DNA of 64,000 nucleotides from Octopus vulgaris (GCA_951406725.2 OX597815.1:23126001-23190000), one strand, 5' to 3'; positions 1 through 11,903 are shown, numbered from the stretch's first letter. Notes: a model not told the origin generated them from the letters alone. A program made the numbers and translations.

Positions 1-7
1 TATATAT

Positions 8-50
<43 letters not shown>

Positions 51-180
51 CATGTATGTATATGTACAGCTATGTATATATGCATATATACATCTATGCA
101 TATATATATATATATACATATATATATGCACATCTATGTATATATATATATGTACATCTATATATATAATAATTATAATA

Positions 181-1517
181 ATAACAGAGGAATTCAAGAT
201 GGGTTGCCCTTGGCAGCTCCTCTATGCTGATGACCTGGGCCTCATAGCACAATCACTACCAGAACTAGAAAAGAAATTTCAGGTGTGGAAGCTAGGTTTA
301 GAATCAAAAGGCCTTAGAGTCAATGTAGCAAAGACCAAAGTTATAGTAAGTAGGAAGGCGAACTCATCACGCACCCACTCAGGTAGGTGGCCCTGCTCAA
401 TCTGTAGAAAAGGTGTAGGTATAAACTCCATAAGATGTACCCAGTGTAAGCTATGGATGCATAAGAGGTGCAGCAACATCAAAGGAAAATTAACCGAGAA
501 GATAGCTTTCATGTGCAGCAGATGCACAGGGGCAATAGACACCACAGATACTCAGAAAACAGATTCCATCACACTCCAGAGGAAGAAACTAGAAGTAGTT
601 GATAGTTTCCGCTATCTAGGTGATCAAGTTAGTAGTGGAGGTAGATGCTCAGAGAGTGTCATCACTAGAATACGAATAGCCTGGGCAAAGTTTAGAAAGC
701 TTCTATCCCTACAGGTGACAAATGGTCTCTTGCTCAGAGTGAAAGGTAGATTGTACGACACATGTGTGTGAACTGCCATGCTTCACAGTAGTGAAACATG
801 GGCTGTGACTGCAGAGGACATGCGTAGGCTTGAAAGAAATGAAGCTAGTATGATCCGCTGGATGCATATTGACAGTGTGCACACACAACAGAGTGTAACG
901 CTCTGAGAGAAATGCTGGACATAAGAAGCATCGGATGTAGCGTGCAAGAGAGACGTTTGCGTTGGTATGGTCATGTACTATGGATGGATGAGGAGAGATA
1001 TGTGAAGAAGTGCCACTCCCAAACAACTGAAGGAATCCGGGGTAGAGGTAGACCCAGGAAGACATAGGATGAGGTGGTCAAGCATGACCTTCGAATGTTG
1101 GGCCTCGCAGAGGCAATGACGAAAGACCGAGATCTCACAAATAACGTGAGTTCATGGCTGTTTCCTGCACCAGCTTCACATAGCAGCCCCAGTCCATCCA
1201 AAGTACTTTGGATCACAGGATGGCCTGCTGTGCTTACCTTGGATCGTAGGACGACCTGCTGTGCTTGAGGAGACCTGTTGAGTCAAGTACATCAACATCA
1301 AAATAAAAATCAAATGGAAATTGTAGTTGTGATAACCGTGCATGTAAATAGCAACCACTACACTCACGGAGCGGTTGGCATTAGGAAGGGCAGCCAGTTT
1401 AGAAACACTGCCAGATTAGACTGGAGCCTGGTGCAGCCTTCTGGCTTCCCAGAACCCAGTCGAACAGTCCAACCTATGCTAGCATGGAAAACGGACGTTA
1501 AACGATGATGATGATGA
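181..1517 (+). mobile_element. 5'-truncated RTE-clade LINE: RT C-terminal half with embedded PHD finger, 3' UTR and (GAT)n tail
   Basis: ORF 46..771 reads [11 protein letters not shown] (RT catalytic motif), GLRVNVAKTKV, a C4HC3-like insert and VDSFRYLG. Coding similarity continues past a stop and frameshifts to about 1135. The 3' UTR ends ACGTTAAAC(GAT)n at about 1517. Confidence 0.9.
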
Positions 1518-1604
1518 TACATATATGTACATCTATATATATATATACATATATGTATATATACATATACATATATAAATCTATGTTTGTATACATATAT
1601 ATTT

Positions 1605-2101
1605 TTTTTCTTTATTACCCACAAGGGGCTAAACAAGGACAGACAAAAGTATTAAGTTGATTACATCGACCCCAGTGCGTAACTGGTACTTAATTTATCG
1701 ACCCCGAAAGGATGAAAGGCAAAGTCGACCCCGGTGGAATTTGAAGTCAGAACGTAACGGCAGACGAAATACCTATTTCTTTACTACCCATAAGGGGCTA
1801 AACACAGAGGGGGGGGGGGGGCAAACAAGGACAAACGGATTAAGTCGATTACATCGACCCCAGTGCATAACTGGTACTTAATTTATCGACCCCGAAAGGA
1901 TGAAAGGCAAAGTCGACCCCGGCGGAATTTGAAGTCAGAACGTAACGGCAGACGAAATACCTATTTCTTTACTACCCACAAGGGGCTAAACACAGAGGGG
2001 ACAAACAAGGACAAACGGATTAAGTCGATTACATCGACCCCAGTGCGTAACTGGTACTTAATTTATTGACCCCGTGCTAACGTTTCTGCCAGCTCGCCGC
2101 C
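1605..2101 (-). mobile_element. Tandem array of about three tRNA-derived SINE bodies (MetaSINE-like central domain)
   Basis: Three repeats of TTTACTACCCACAAGGGGCTAAAC...CATCGACCCCAGTGCGTAACTGGTACTTAATTTATCGACCCCG. The head GGCGGCGAGCTGGCAGAAACGTTAGCAC lies at 2101-2074 (-). The family label is from memory of the GCCTTTCATCCTTTCGGGGTCGATAAA motif. Confidence 0.8.
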
Positions 2102-3147
2102 CTTTATATATATAAAACAATTTCACATATACACCACACTTTTCGCTTTCACGCCGCCTTCAAAAGATCCCCCCACCACATGTAAAAAAAAACAAAACAT
2201 TTTACAGAAAGCGAAGATCTCGTTCAGAAACATAAACAAATGCACGTGGTTTTAAGAAGTGATATAAACCGTTGTCAAATCGAAAGATCGCCCTTATCTT
2301 ATTGACCCCGAAAGAATGAAAGGCGAAGTCGAATTCAATGGCAAATGAACTCAGAACGTAAAGAGCCGGAAGGAATGCTGCTAACCAATTTTGCTCAGCT
2401 CGTTGTCTTAAGCGGGAAGGAGACGTCATTAATGAAAACGAAAAAGCACTGTTGCTTTTTTTTTTGACACTAAACTGCTTCCCCGCTCTCTGGCATGTAA
2501 ACACACCTGGCTAACTTTAAGAATAATTTATAAGCATTACACTGAATGTGATAACTTTTACACTAAAATTTCCAGCTTTCTGATGGCATTTGCAGTAAGT
2601 AAAACTGGGTGCTATTGTATGGATACGACTACTTTATACAGAAAGATGCTGGAAAAAAATATTCGTATTTTGAATTTTCGAAGTTAAAGAAAGATAATAA
2701 ACAAAAGTTTGAGAATGATGTCTCAAATTAAAAGTAGAAAATGTACTGATAACACTTTGGTAAAATTAATCAATACCCTGCGAATTTGGAGTCTAAAAAC
2801 CGAATCAATTACTGATTGTTTATAATAAATGGTTAACAAATTACAGAATTCGATCACTCCTTTACATTGTATAGTAATAAGTAAACAATTAGATCTATAA
2901 TTTGGAAACACGCACTTTAGAATTAATAATTGGCCTTTCTACGAAACACGATTTTATTGAATTATTAGCGGTAGGGTTTCAGAAATGAAGATAAGTTTGA
3001 TGTCTATACTTCTCTCAATCGCCATAAAAATTAATGATGAAGAATACAATACAGAAAATAAGCAATTCTAGGGGATTTGATCTTGTTACAATTTCTTTTA
3101 AGTTTCTTTAAAATGTAAGAATAATTGAATAATTTCGATTTACGAAC

Positions 3148-3189
3148 CGTCTCATCGTCCCACTCAATTTCGTATGCTTCTTCGGCCAT
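3148..3189 (-). CDS. Candidate first coding exon of a divergently transcribed gene (MAEEAYEIEWDDET)
   Basis: ATG at 3189 in a good context (AAGAATGG), a protein-like acidic peptide, candidate donors GTTCGT (3147) or GTAAAT (3143), then AT-rich intron-like DNA. ETS motifs lie just upstream. The product is not recognised. Confidence 0.35.
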
Positions 3190-3339
3190 TCTTGAAAGAT
3201 GATAGCTGGTTATTCCACAGAAAACCCGGAATATGTTGAGAAACAAGAAAACTACCCACTGCAAGGGCTTGATTATATATATAAACAATTTTTAACACTT
3301 CAAACAATTCACGTTGGCGGCAGGTGAGAGTAAAGGATA

Positions 3340-3402
3340 ACTTCCACAGCAACACAGAGTTAAAGGGTCACATCCGCTCGTGTGCGAAGGGTCACTTCCG
3401 GC
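3340..3402. promoter_or_regulatory. Candidate promoter with ETS motif
   Basis: CACTTCCGG at 3393-3401 and a duplicated AAGGGTCAC(A/T)TCCG at 3363 and 3387, in a locally CpG-rich, non-repeat patch. Confidence 0.35.
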
Positions 3403-3583
3403 TACATGATAAACATATATATTTTTTTTTCTTTCCTTTTGATGCTTTTATTCCATTCATAAGTTTTTTTTGTTTTTTTTTTCTTCTTACCTGTTTTCAA
3501 ATTCCCAACGAAATGTTTTGGGTATAAATGCAAAGTGAACAATATATCGATTCTGAAACATCAAAAACGGAATCAATAATTAT

Positions 3584-3857
3584 GGGGAATGTACAAATTT
3601 AACTTGGCTATCCTGAATGTCCGAAACGAATAAAAATAAATATAGAAACTTTTCTCAAGGGATACATTTATTTTCGATTACTTTGACATGTATCACCTTT
3701 TTTTCTTTGTAACAGGAAATATCTTATTTGCAACAATGCTACCTTAATAACTAAATGATGATGTGGATAAATGAAGAAAATAATTTATAATAACTTATAA
3801 CCTACTTTTAATTCGTTTCGGTCATTCAGGATTGCCAAGTTATTTTTGTACATTGCC
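3584..3857. mobile_element. MITE-like element with about 55 bp imperfect terminal inverted repeats
   Basis: AATGTACAAATTTAACTTGGCTATCCTGAATGTCCGAAACGAAT pairs with ATTCGTTTCGGTCATTCAGGATTGCCAAGTTATTTTTGTACATT. No TSD resolved. Confidence 0.55.
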
Positions 3858-4243
3858 TTTTATTATCGGCTTCCTTTTAATTGTCGCACTTGTATGTTCC
3901 GTACTTGTAAGATCGTTACAAACAATATACCGGCAATTTTTAAAAAATATAAACCCATACTGTGAACTAGTACGTTTACCTGCACCTAGAAAAATGCAAC
4001 CCCATTTAGTTACCACAACTCTCCTTAATTCTGTTTATTTGGTGTTATTGTTTCATGCGAGTCAAGCAGACGTTTCGGTATTATTTGATTCTTTCACCCG
4101 CACGATTTTCACTAAGAAAAAAGAAAAAAACTCGGGATTCTTTGCATGGAATTAAGTACCCTGACCCCCTAATATGCTGCAAACTCCTTATTTTTGTTGG
4201 GAAAAAAGTGGGGTGGGAAACCGGACCCCACCCCCATCGCATT

Positions 4244-4530
4244 GTGCCCGGGTCAGACGCTTTCGGAAATTCCCGATGTAAATTTTCCGAGGCCTCTCCC
4301 CCACCCCTCTTTCGCGAGTGCGCATTTTTTTTGTCATATTCGTTTAGAGCAAGTTGTTTTACACATATTACACTATTTTTTATTTGTTTTGGTGCCCGGG
4401 TCAGCCCCTCAGACGCTTTCGGAAATTCCCGATGTGAATTTTCCGAGGCCTCTCCCCCACTCCCCTTTCGCGTGCGCGCATTTTTTTTCATATTCGTTCA
4501 GAAGAAGTTATTTTACACCTATTACACACA
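4244..4530. repeat. Two tandem copies of a roughly 150 bp unit, probably inside a larger transposon relic
   Basis: GTGCCCGGGTCAG...ACGCTTTCGGAAATTCCCGATGT...TTCCGAGGCCTCTCCCCCAC occurs at about 4244 and about 4392. Confidence 0.7.
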
Positions 4531-4959
4531 TTTTTTTTTTTTTGTTTCTTTGAATGGTGTAACGCGGAATCATTGGATTTTTTTTTTTTTCCGGTGACTG
4601 AATTCCAGTGACCTAATATGCTACAAAACCCTCTTTTCTGTCCGGAAAACGGGGTGGGGTGGAACCCTCAGAAATTTCACCCCTACCCTCTTTTTCAAAT
4701 ATTTTTTGCTATTTCTTTCTTTACCCATAATTTTAGATAACATTTTCGAGAGAGTGTGGATTATATTAGATTGAAAATCCAAAGAAGTTCGAAATGAATA
4801 AGTGAAACTGCAGAGGTTATAGAAGTTGGTGGAAACGAAGTGTGTGGAGAGATAAACGATAAATTCATCTAAAAAAAAAACACGTTAGAGTTTTTACATG
4901 CATGTGTGAAACGAAGTAAAAGTATAATATTAAAATATCTTTTTCTTGTTGCTCTCTTA

Positions 4960-5270
4960 AAATTGGTAACTGCTTCCTTCATCCTATTTAACACAATCAT
5001 TAAAAGCAGCTTACTGGTCACATCAAACAAAGATATTCCGCTCCAATTTAGACAATCATTAAGATCACCTTTCTTTGTTTAACACTGGACTGTTTTCTAG
5101 TCATTTGGTATTTTCTCAACACACTAGATCGTGTTAAATAAGTAGCGATAACTCCATGACTTCCTCTCCATATTTAACAAGTTCATCCATGATTCCACCC
5201 CTTCTTATTGATTTGTAGCTTTTCAATTATTTCAAAGCTTTCTGAATTTCCTCCTTAGGGATTTCCCTGG
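4960..5270 (-). mobile_element. Degenerate LINE RT fragment
   Basis: The minus strand reads KKGDLNDCLNWSGISLFDVTSKLL, matching the LINE RT motif KKGDxxxCxNYRGISL. Confidence 0.65.
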
Positions 5271-5464
5271 ACGATCAGTCATATACAACACAAAGGCTCA
5301 AGTTGATATAACATGATATTTGTGGGTGATACGATTCTCTGATATCTCTTTCATCGAGTTTACCAATTAATAAAAAAAAAAATGTTTGTCCCTCTCAACA
5401 CATACAAATGTCAAATAGATTTTTTTATATAGGTGAAACCAATCTCAGCTATCTTGGGCGGACA

Positions 5465-6245
5465 GCGAAAATTTTTTTTCCACGAGAGTTCCGGACCCCA
5501 GTTACGAACTCATTTGCATATAGCCAATCAGAGCTCAACTATCAAGCTAATTCATGAGCGCATAACAAGTGATGGGCGATAAGATAAGGTCACTTGAGTA
5601 AAGAATGACCATGCTTCTTTTCTCTTTTAATAATGCTTCTTGATCTTGTTCCTGTTTCAACCATGGCTGCCACTGCGTAGTTATTTGTGTTGTTGTTTAC
5701 TTTCTAAAACAGTGAGGTGGGGTTGCTAGCACATCACTCTCTACCCACATAAGCCCATATGGGGCCCTAACAAAATCCGATAATAGTGTAGCATAGCTCG
5801 GGGATATCCTTAATGTTTGAGAGATATATTAGAAATGATCTTGTGTTAGATATCAACCATCTTTCGGCTATTTGGACCCTGTTGTGTTCACTACTCTGAT
5901 TGGTTGGCATTGGCGCAGTTTGTCTCTTGACTTATTTCGCGCCAATGTGTGAACCAACCAATCAGAACATTCCAACAAGATCATGTGACACAGTCCTTTG
6001 GGATTTCTTCTGGAGCCTGTAGAATGTTATAAATACCCAGCGATCCAGTATAGGTAGAGATGCAAATCTATCTAATTGCTTGTCTCCTTCTAAAATCAGA
6101 CATAACTTGGCGATCGGTCGATTTACAACACCATTCTTCGCCTTGAGTTTACTTGGTAGAGTGCATTTGTTAACTTGACAACAAGGTCAAGGTGAGCTCT
6201 GAGTTCATTACTGGGATCCGGAACTCTCGTGGGAAAAAATTTCGC
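5465..6245. mobile_element. Non-autonomous DNA transposon / MITE with about 48 bp inverted arms
   Basis: GCGAAAATTTTTTTTCCACGAGAGTTCCGGACCCCAGTTACGAACTCA (5465-5512) is the reverse complement of TGAGTTCATTACTGGGATCCGGAACTCTCGTGGGAAAAAATTTCGC (6200-6245), with few mismatches. Superfamily not assigned. Confidence 0.7.
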
Positions 6246-6699
6246 GGGCAGACATACTTTGCACGGAATAACTTTCCTTTCAATATTGGACTGATAGTAC
6301 CCATCCGTCTCTTTCCTACTTTAACTTAACAGACAATTATAATTTTAGATTTCAATATTTTTGTTTAGTGTGGAATTTAACTGAGAGTAGAAGTTTTCTT
6401 TCGTTTCTTCATTGGTGTCGCTTGTTGGCGATGGACTTGAATGGCTACTGATTTGGCAAAGGCTGTTTTAAGTAGTATGTATGCAGAAAATCAGATCTTT
6501 AGCAAGAACACAGTCATATCCTCAGTCAGAAGGCACTCGATACCTTTGATACTTAGGAAATGTAACTAGAATTCAACTCTGTTGTAGAATACTCTGTTGT
6601 AGAATACACGGCACCTGATACTGCAGTTTAACAGTTGCTTTGTCAAAATCTCTAGATGGCAGTGGTCCTTCAAAAGTGAAATAAGTTACTCCAATTATC

Positions 6700-7350
6700 G
6701 AGGCTGTTTGAGAGTGTAATCACCTTACTGGACATCGTTTTACTCGTCACTAATCAAGGGTCAGTCGTCTTTATGTTGGATAAAAGAAGGCTCTATAAAC
6801 TGAAAGACGAGATACAGGAATGGCGTGTCGAGCAGAATGCATATTTTTCTTACACAACTAATCATTGTTCTGGAAAGAACAATAATGTTCCAGATGCATT
6901 GATGTGTAGTTTCTGTGCATTTATTTTACTATCCAAAAACACGAAGGGTTGTCCCATTCAGGAACAACAAGAATGATATTGTGCATTCTAAAAATCTGTC
7001 TCTAAGTTTCATCTCGCTGTAGATTGAGTTTTGAACTTCAGTTATTTTGGACGCCAAAAGACAATGCTCAAGGCTGCCCAGAAGTCTTTACATTGACATA
7101 CATCCACTCTGATCGTGATGCATCGTTGCTAGCAAAGAATGTAAATCGTTAGAATGCAAAACTGCACATTAAAATCCATGTGGAAAGAGTCATACTGAAG
7201 GATACGATATGATTATCTCGAAAGCTGTTAAATTTACCTGCAAAATACAAGTTTGTTCTCTTAACTGCTTCACCTGTCACTCATCTCTTGGGGTTAGACA
7301 TCTTACCAGCCTTATATGTCTTCCACGTACAGAAACCTCGTAAATGTCTT
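6700..7350 (+). mobile_element. Degenerate Ty3/Gypsy pol relic (RNase H to integrase)
   Basis: A frameshifted HRFT/LVTNQGSVVFMLD...IQEWRVE...SGKNNNVPDAL resembles FTLxTDQxSVxFM...IxRWRxEL...PGKxNxxADALS. HSDRDAS at about 7105 resembles the integrase HSDRG motif. Confidence 0.6.
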
Positions 7351-7789
7351 CTAAACGGAATATATCAATCTAGTCTAGTCTGAGCGATCGTTACAAAAAC
7401 AATCACTATACATATTCAGGAAAGTTTTGCACGACACACTGGTAGAATTATAATAGTTCCTTCAAATGTTAAAGACCTAACCTCTCATAATTACACTGCT
7501 GAAACTACATCACATGAGACTAGGTCTTCTCATTGAGATCAGAGAAGAGTTCAACCAATTGTAGATTCTCTACAAAGCTCAAATATATTCCATATATATC
7601 TGAAGTAGTGCTGCTGCTCTGCAAATAAGTATCCTAGACAAGACTATCAGGTTGACTGGTAAAAACTCAGCCACCAATGTGTTACAGCAGCTAGTGGATG
7701 TTTCTTTTGTCTCTTTATGTATCTAGAATCTTCAGAGTTGCTACAAATACTAATACTTATGATCATTCTTGGTGAACTTACAACCTATA

Positions 7790-8165
7790 GCCAAAACTGC
7801 ATGACAGAGGCTAGCCTTCTCTTCAGGACCATAAAATACTCTCCAGCTCCCAATAGCTACTGAACTTACACAAAGCCCAGTCGAGATCCACAATGGAATA
7901 CTGCTCCCAAATCTGGGGCGATGCTGCTGGTACGCATCCAGACATTTAAGACAGCATTACACCTATCCCACCCAAGTCGCTGACCAACACAATCCAGCCA
8001 TTGTATTAGAGATATCTTGTTTTCACACTCAATCCCTGCTTCTAAAACTATTAGAGTAGTTTCTGCTCCTTGGAGTTAATTGATTTTGATCCATCTTTAT
8101 TCAGGTTCATCCAACTCACTTGCTTCTCCTCTTCTCATCATCCATATTGTGTTTATCGTGCTCGC
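7790..8165 (+). mobile_element. Degenerate LINE (L2/CR1/Jockey group) ORF2 3' fragment
   Basis: LHKAQSRSTMEYCSQIWGDAA at about 7866-7928 resembles the LYKAxVRPxLEYCSxVW motif. Confidence 0.55.
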
Positions 8166-8173
8166 AGGCCCCT

Positions 8174-9577
8174 TGTAACAGGTGATATTATTTAGTAAAC
8201 AATAATATGGGAAGACGATAATCAATACACAGTAGGATGGAATGTCGGAGTCGTAATCAGTGTGTAAGAAATGGTTCTTCGTTGATAGCCATTATATAAA
8301 GATGACAGAACAGTGATTGAAATTGTGAAGAAAATATTTATTTACCGTTACATTGAATATAATACCTTGCCTCAACGGGCAGGTCATAAAATCCTAGAGC
8401 GTGCGAAGTAAAAAAGTTAATTTCGGCCTGTGTGTTCGTATTGTAGTAGTAAACCATAGAAACGGATGTAACGGGATAAATTGATTTGCATACAATTTAA
8501 TATGTCCAAAGGCTTGCGAAGTAAAGTTTGTGTTTAGGTTCTCTTCATTGTTTAGTAGTAATTGCGGAGACAGATAGAATGATGTTGTAAGAGAACAAAA
8601 TTAGAGCTAGTGAGAATTGTAGGGTGTGGGATGTTGCTAAGAGTAAATTTCATTTCTCCCTCTGACCAATGTTCTAGCTGGTCAGCCAGACTTCGTTGAG
8701 TCGTTACCGACTGTGACAAACTGATTTTTGCTTGGGATGTGCTTGCTTATATAAAGATCCAGAAGGATAGATATATCATTGAGAACAATAGATTTAGTTG
8801 GTGGTCTTGTTATCTCTATACTAGCTTTTGGTGAAGTAGAAGAGGTTAGAAAGGGTCAGGCGGTGAAGACATTTCGGCCTAGCTAAAGGCATTTGGAAAA
8901 TGTAAAACTGCTGTCAGAGAAAAACCATTGTTCCATCGTTGCAGTGTTAATTTAAATTTGGCTGTGGTGGATCGAATCCACTTCATGCATGCAAGATTCA
9001 CTACAGAGATATGGTAATGTGCAGGGAAGATAAAGCGAGTTAGTGAAAGTGAGAGAGTGTGGGAAGTTGGGTCTCATAGCTACTGACAGTAAATTTCATT
9101 TCTCCATTTGACCGTTGTCTTTAGTAACTGCCTTGCTTTGGATCATGATTCTAGCGTTCTGCTCCCTAATTGATGGTAGCTGTCTCTGACTCGAGTTTGT
9201 CATTCATTAACTGATTGAGTTGTCACGAGCCGACTAATTCGATTGTCACCAAGTCACTAACTGGTAGAGTTATCACCAAGTGACTAACTGTCTTTTGCCT
9301 GCGGGTTCTTGTTTTTATAACTATCCAGAAGGATAGACATATTGTTGAGAACAATAGATTTAGTTGGTGGTCTTGTTATCTTAATTCTAGCCTTTGGTGA
9401 AATAGAAGAGGTCAAGTGGTGAAGACATTATTTCGGCCTAGCTAAAGGCATCAGGCATATGTAAAACTGCTGTCACTGAAAAAAACCCATTGTTCCACCG
9501 TGTGAAAAGTTCTGTTGAACTGTAATTTAAATTTGGCTATGGTGGATCGAATCCACTTCATGCTTGCAAGATTCACA
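8174..9577. mobile_element. LTR-like insertion (TG...CA) with an internal direct duplication
   Basis: Starts TGTAAC and ends CACA, flanked by AGGCCCCT / AGGCCCT. About 250 bp (8757-9001) is repeated at 9323-9576, and the first copy ends CTACA. No coding remnant seen. Confidence 0.5.
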
Positions 9578-9962
9578 AGGCCCTCATAACCACTTTTCCA
9601 AATCCTTTCTCATCAGATATCAACCATCTGAAATCCTTTATTGCACATGGTTTGCATGCAACCATTAATTTGCAGATTCTTCCGAACATCAATCATGTCA
9701 ATCTCATACGACCATAGAGTGACCTGTCCTCTCCCTCCAGATTAAAACAAAAAAAAAACAAAAAAATAATAAAACTGTTATGACAACGGCCACTTCTCTG
9801 AACAAGTTAGCTGGTATAGTACATTCACCCAAGCACAACAGATAGATTCGTCGCCCTTATTTTCGCTTAACCCATTTACTATTCCTACACGTCCACAAGT
9901 TCAAATTGAGCATCAACTGTGTCGACCATATTACGTACGGGAAGACATGCAGAGGTTATTCA

Positions 9963-10140
9963 TACCTATTTCTTTACTACCCACAAGGGGCTAAACATAG
10001 AGTGGACAAACAAGGACAGACAAACGGATTAAATCGATTATATTGACCCCAGTGCGTAACTGGTACTTATTTAATCGACCCCGAAAAGATGAAAGGCAAA
10101 GTCGACCTCAGCGGAATTTGAACCCAGAACGTAACGGCAA
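9963..10140 (-). mobile_element. 5'-truncated tRNA-SINE, same family as 1605-2101
   Basis: Near-identical to the repeat unit at 1771-1958. Confidence 0.85.
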
Positions 10141-10319
10141 GAGGTTATTCATACCGCCCGAAACACTCAATTAATTAAAACGCACGGTCATATAATTAGT
10201 AATGTGTAAAAGAGTTGCGTACAACAATTAGAGCAGCTATACTTTCAATATAAACTGAAGGCATTAAAAATTCAGATGCTTAAACTTACACGCAAATCCT
10301 ACAATTTACTTTTTTCGAT

Positions 10320-10481
10320 CTATCTATCTATCTGTCTGTCCAGTTGTAGTTGTGTGTGTATGTATGTATGTAGTATGTGTGTGTGTATGTATGTGTGTAT
10401 GTATGTGTGTGTATGTATGTGTGTGTATGTACGTGTATGTATGTGTGTGTGTATGTACGTGTATGTGTGTGTGTGTGTGTG
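10320..10481. repeat. Compound microsatellite (TATC/TGTA/TG)n
   Basis: Visible directly. Confidence 0.9.
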
Positions 10482-10789
10482 TACCGTAACATCGCCGAGT
10501 TAACATTTTAATTCTGATATGTGTACTGTTAATATTAGCACATTTTGCTTTGTTTAAAACTGTCAACAAACACAAACATGTAAATAGAAAACAAGAGGGA
10601 AAGAGATCGCCCAAATTTCCTTCTTCGAAGGTCAATGACCGAAACGGCCCTTCTTCTTAAGCACAGGAATTTATTATATTTTTAAGAATTATTTAAACTG
10701 AATTTTTTCCCCACCGACGTAAACCCAACAATTTCTTGGAGCTTGTTTTTTTTGTCTTTAATTAGCAAAAACAAACAAAAACTTGATAT

Positions 10790-10910
10790 AAACTGCGCAG
10801 AAGTAGGCGGAAGTAGAAGCCGCAACCGGGTAACGTTTTAGAGTGTTGCATTATGTTGAAACCGGGGACAGTTAGCGGAAGTGTATGAAAGTGAGCGCGG
10901 CGCCATAGTT
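10790..10910 (+). promoter_or_regulatory. Probable EDC3 promoter (CpG-rich patch with ETS and YY1-like motifs)
   Basis: GGCGGAAGT (10806-10814), GCGGAAGTG (10875-10883) and GCGGCGCCATAGTT (10897-10910) lie in a GC-rich non-repeat patch, typical of a TATA-less housekeeping promoter. Confidence 0.6.
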
Positions 10911-11036
10911 GGTCCTCCAGTGATAGTCGACCTCGGTACTTCATTTCTTTTCCTCTCTCTCCTGGAACAATTGTTTTCGCTTCTCTTCATTTACATAACC
11001 TATCTCGGAAGAAAATACATGAATACTTAGAAACGA
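10880..11036 (+). other. EDC3: Candidate non-coding first exon of EDC3 (start approximate)
   Basis: Follows the promoter patch and ends at the consensus donor CGA|GTGAGT (GT at 11037). The first coding exon has an acceptor 1 nt before its ATG, so an upstream exon is required. Confidence 0.5.
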
Positions 11037-11589
11037 GTGAGTTAAATTTTTTTTAAATATATATACAAGACCAAAAAAAAAATAAATGCAAGTCGTTTTA
11101 TTTTGTTAATTATAAAAAAGAAGTGTTTCAACGATGAAACAAAAACAAAACATTGCCATTCTCATTAACAAATGTTTTCTTCGTTCAGTATTAATTAGTA
11201 GTTAATGATCAGCGGAATTCTTTATTTTTGTCCTTCCTAGCAATCCAGAAATCTATTTGGCAAGTGCTTGTTTATTTTCCCTTTCACGTAAATTAGGGAT
11301 GAATCTCGTGAAGACTTGTAATCAAAATAACATGCAATAATATGTACAGTCCACAATTATTGAGCAAATTTAGAACCGACGAAAATTCCCACTAAATATC
11401 CATTAGCTCTATTGCTTTACATAGCAACACAATAGTATTCTTCTATTCTGTCTTAAGGAATCTAATTGCCCATTAAAACATCAAGAATCGTATGATACAT
11501 TACAAATAATAGTTTCAATATATTTTAGTTTAATGATTTCTGTCGATCTTGAAATAACTATTCCTGCTGTGGTGTAAATTAAAATATTC

Positions 11590-11903
11590 TGGCGATCTTT
11601 CGTCTCTAGTAGACCTTTCCGTCGATTTCCGTAAAAAACTTCTTTTTTTTTTTTTTTTACATATGGGCTTGCGGTCTCCCACACCCCATCAAACACACAC
11701 ACATACACACACACACACACACATGTACATCAATGCTTTCCATGCACGGTAACTTCAAAAGAACTTCCCTCGTCATACAATCGCTTTCTCTTAGTCTCTT
11801 TCGCTCTCATTACTTCAAAAGTTCCCGCAAGCCCATATGTAAAAAAAAAAAAAAATTTTTACGGAAATCGACGGAAAGGTCTACTAGAGACGAAAGATTG
11901 CCA
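11590..11903. repeat. Inverted repeat with about 80 bp arms (MITE-like)
   Basis: TGGCGATCTTTCGTCTCTAGTAGACCTTTCCGTCGATTTCCGTAAAAA...TACATATGGGCTTGCGG (11590-11674) is mirrored at 11825-11903. Confidence 0.8.

Noticed and set aside
46-180. N-terminal part of the 241 aa ORF, and similar Y/I/C/V/H/T-rich ORFs (10276, 49915, 53094-53541)
   Set aside because: These are translations of (TA)n/(TG)n microsatellites.
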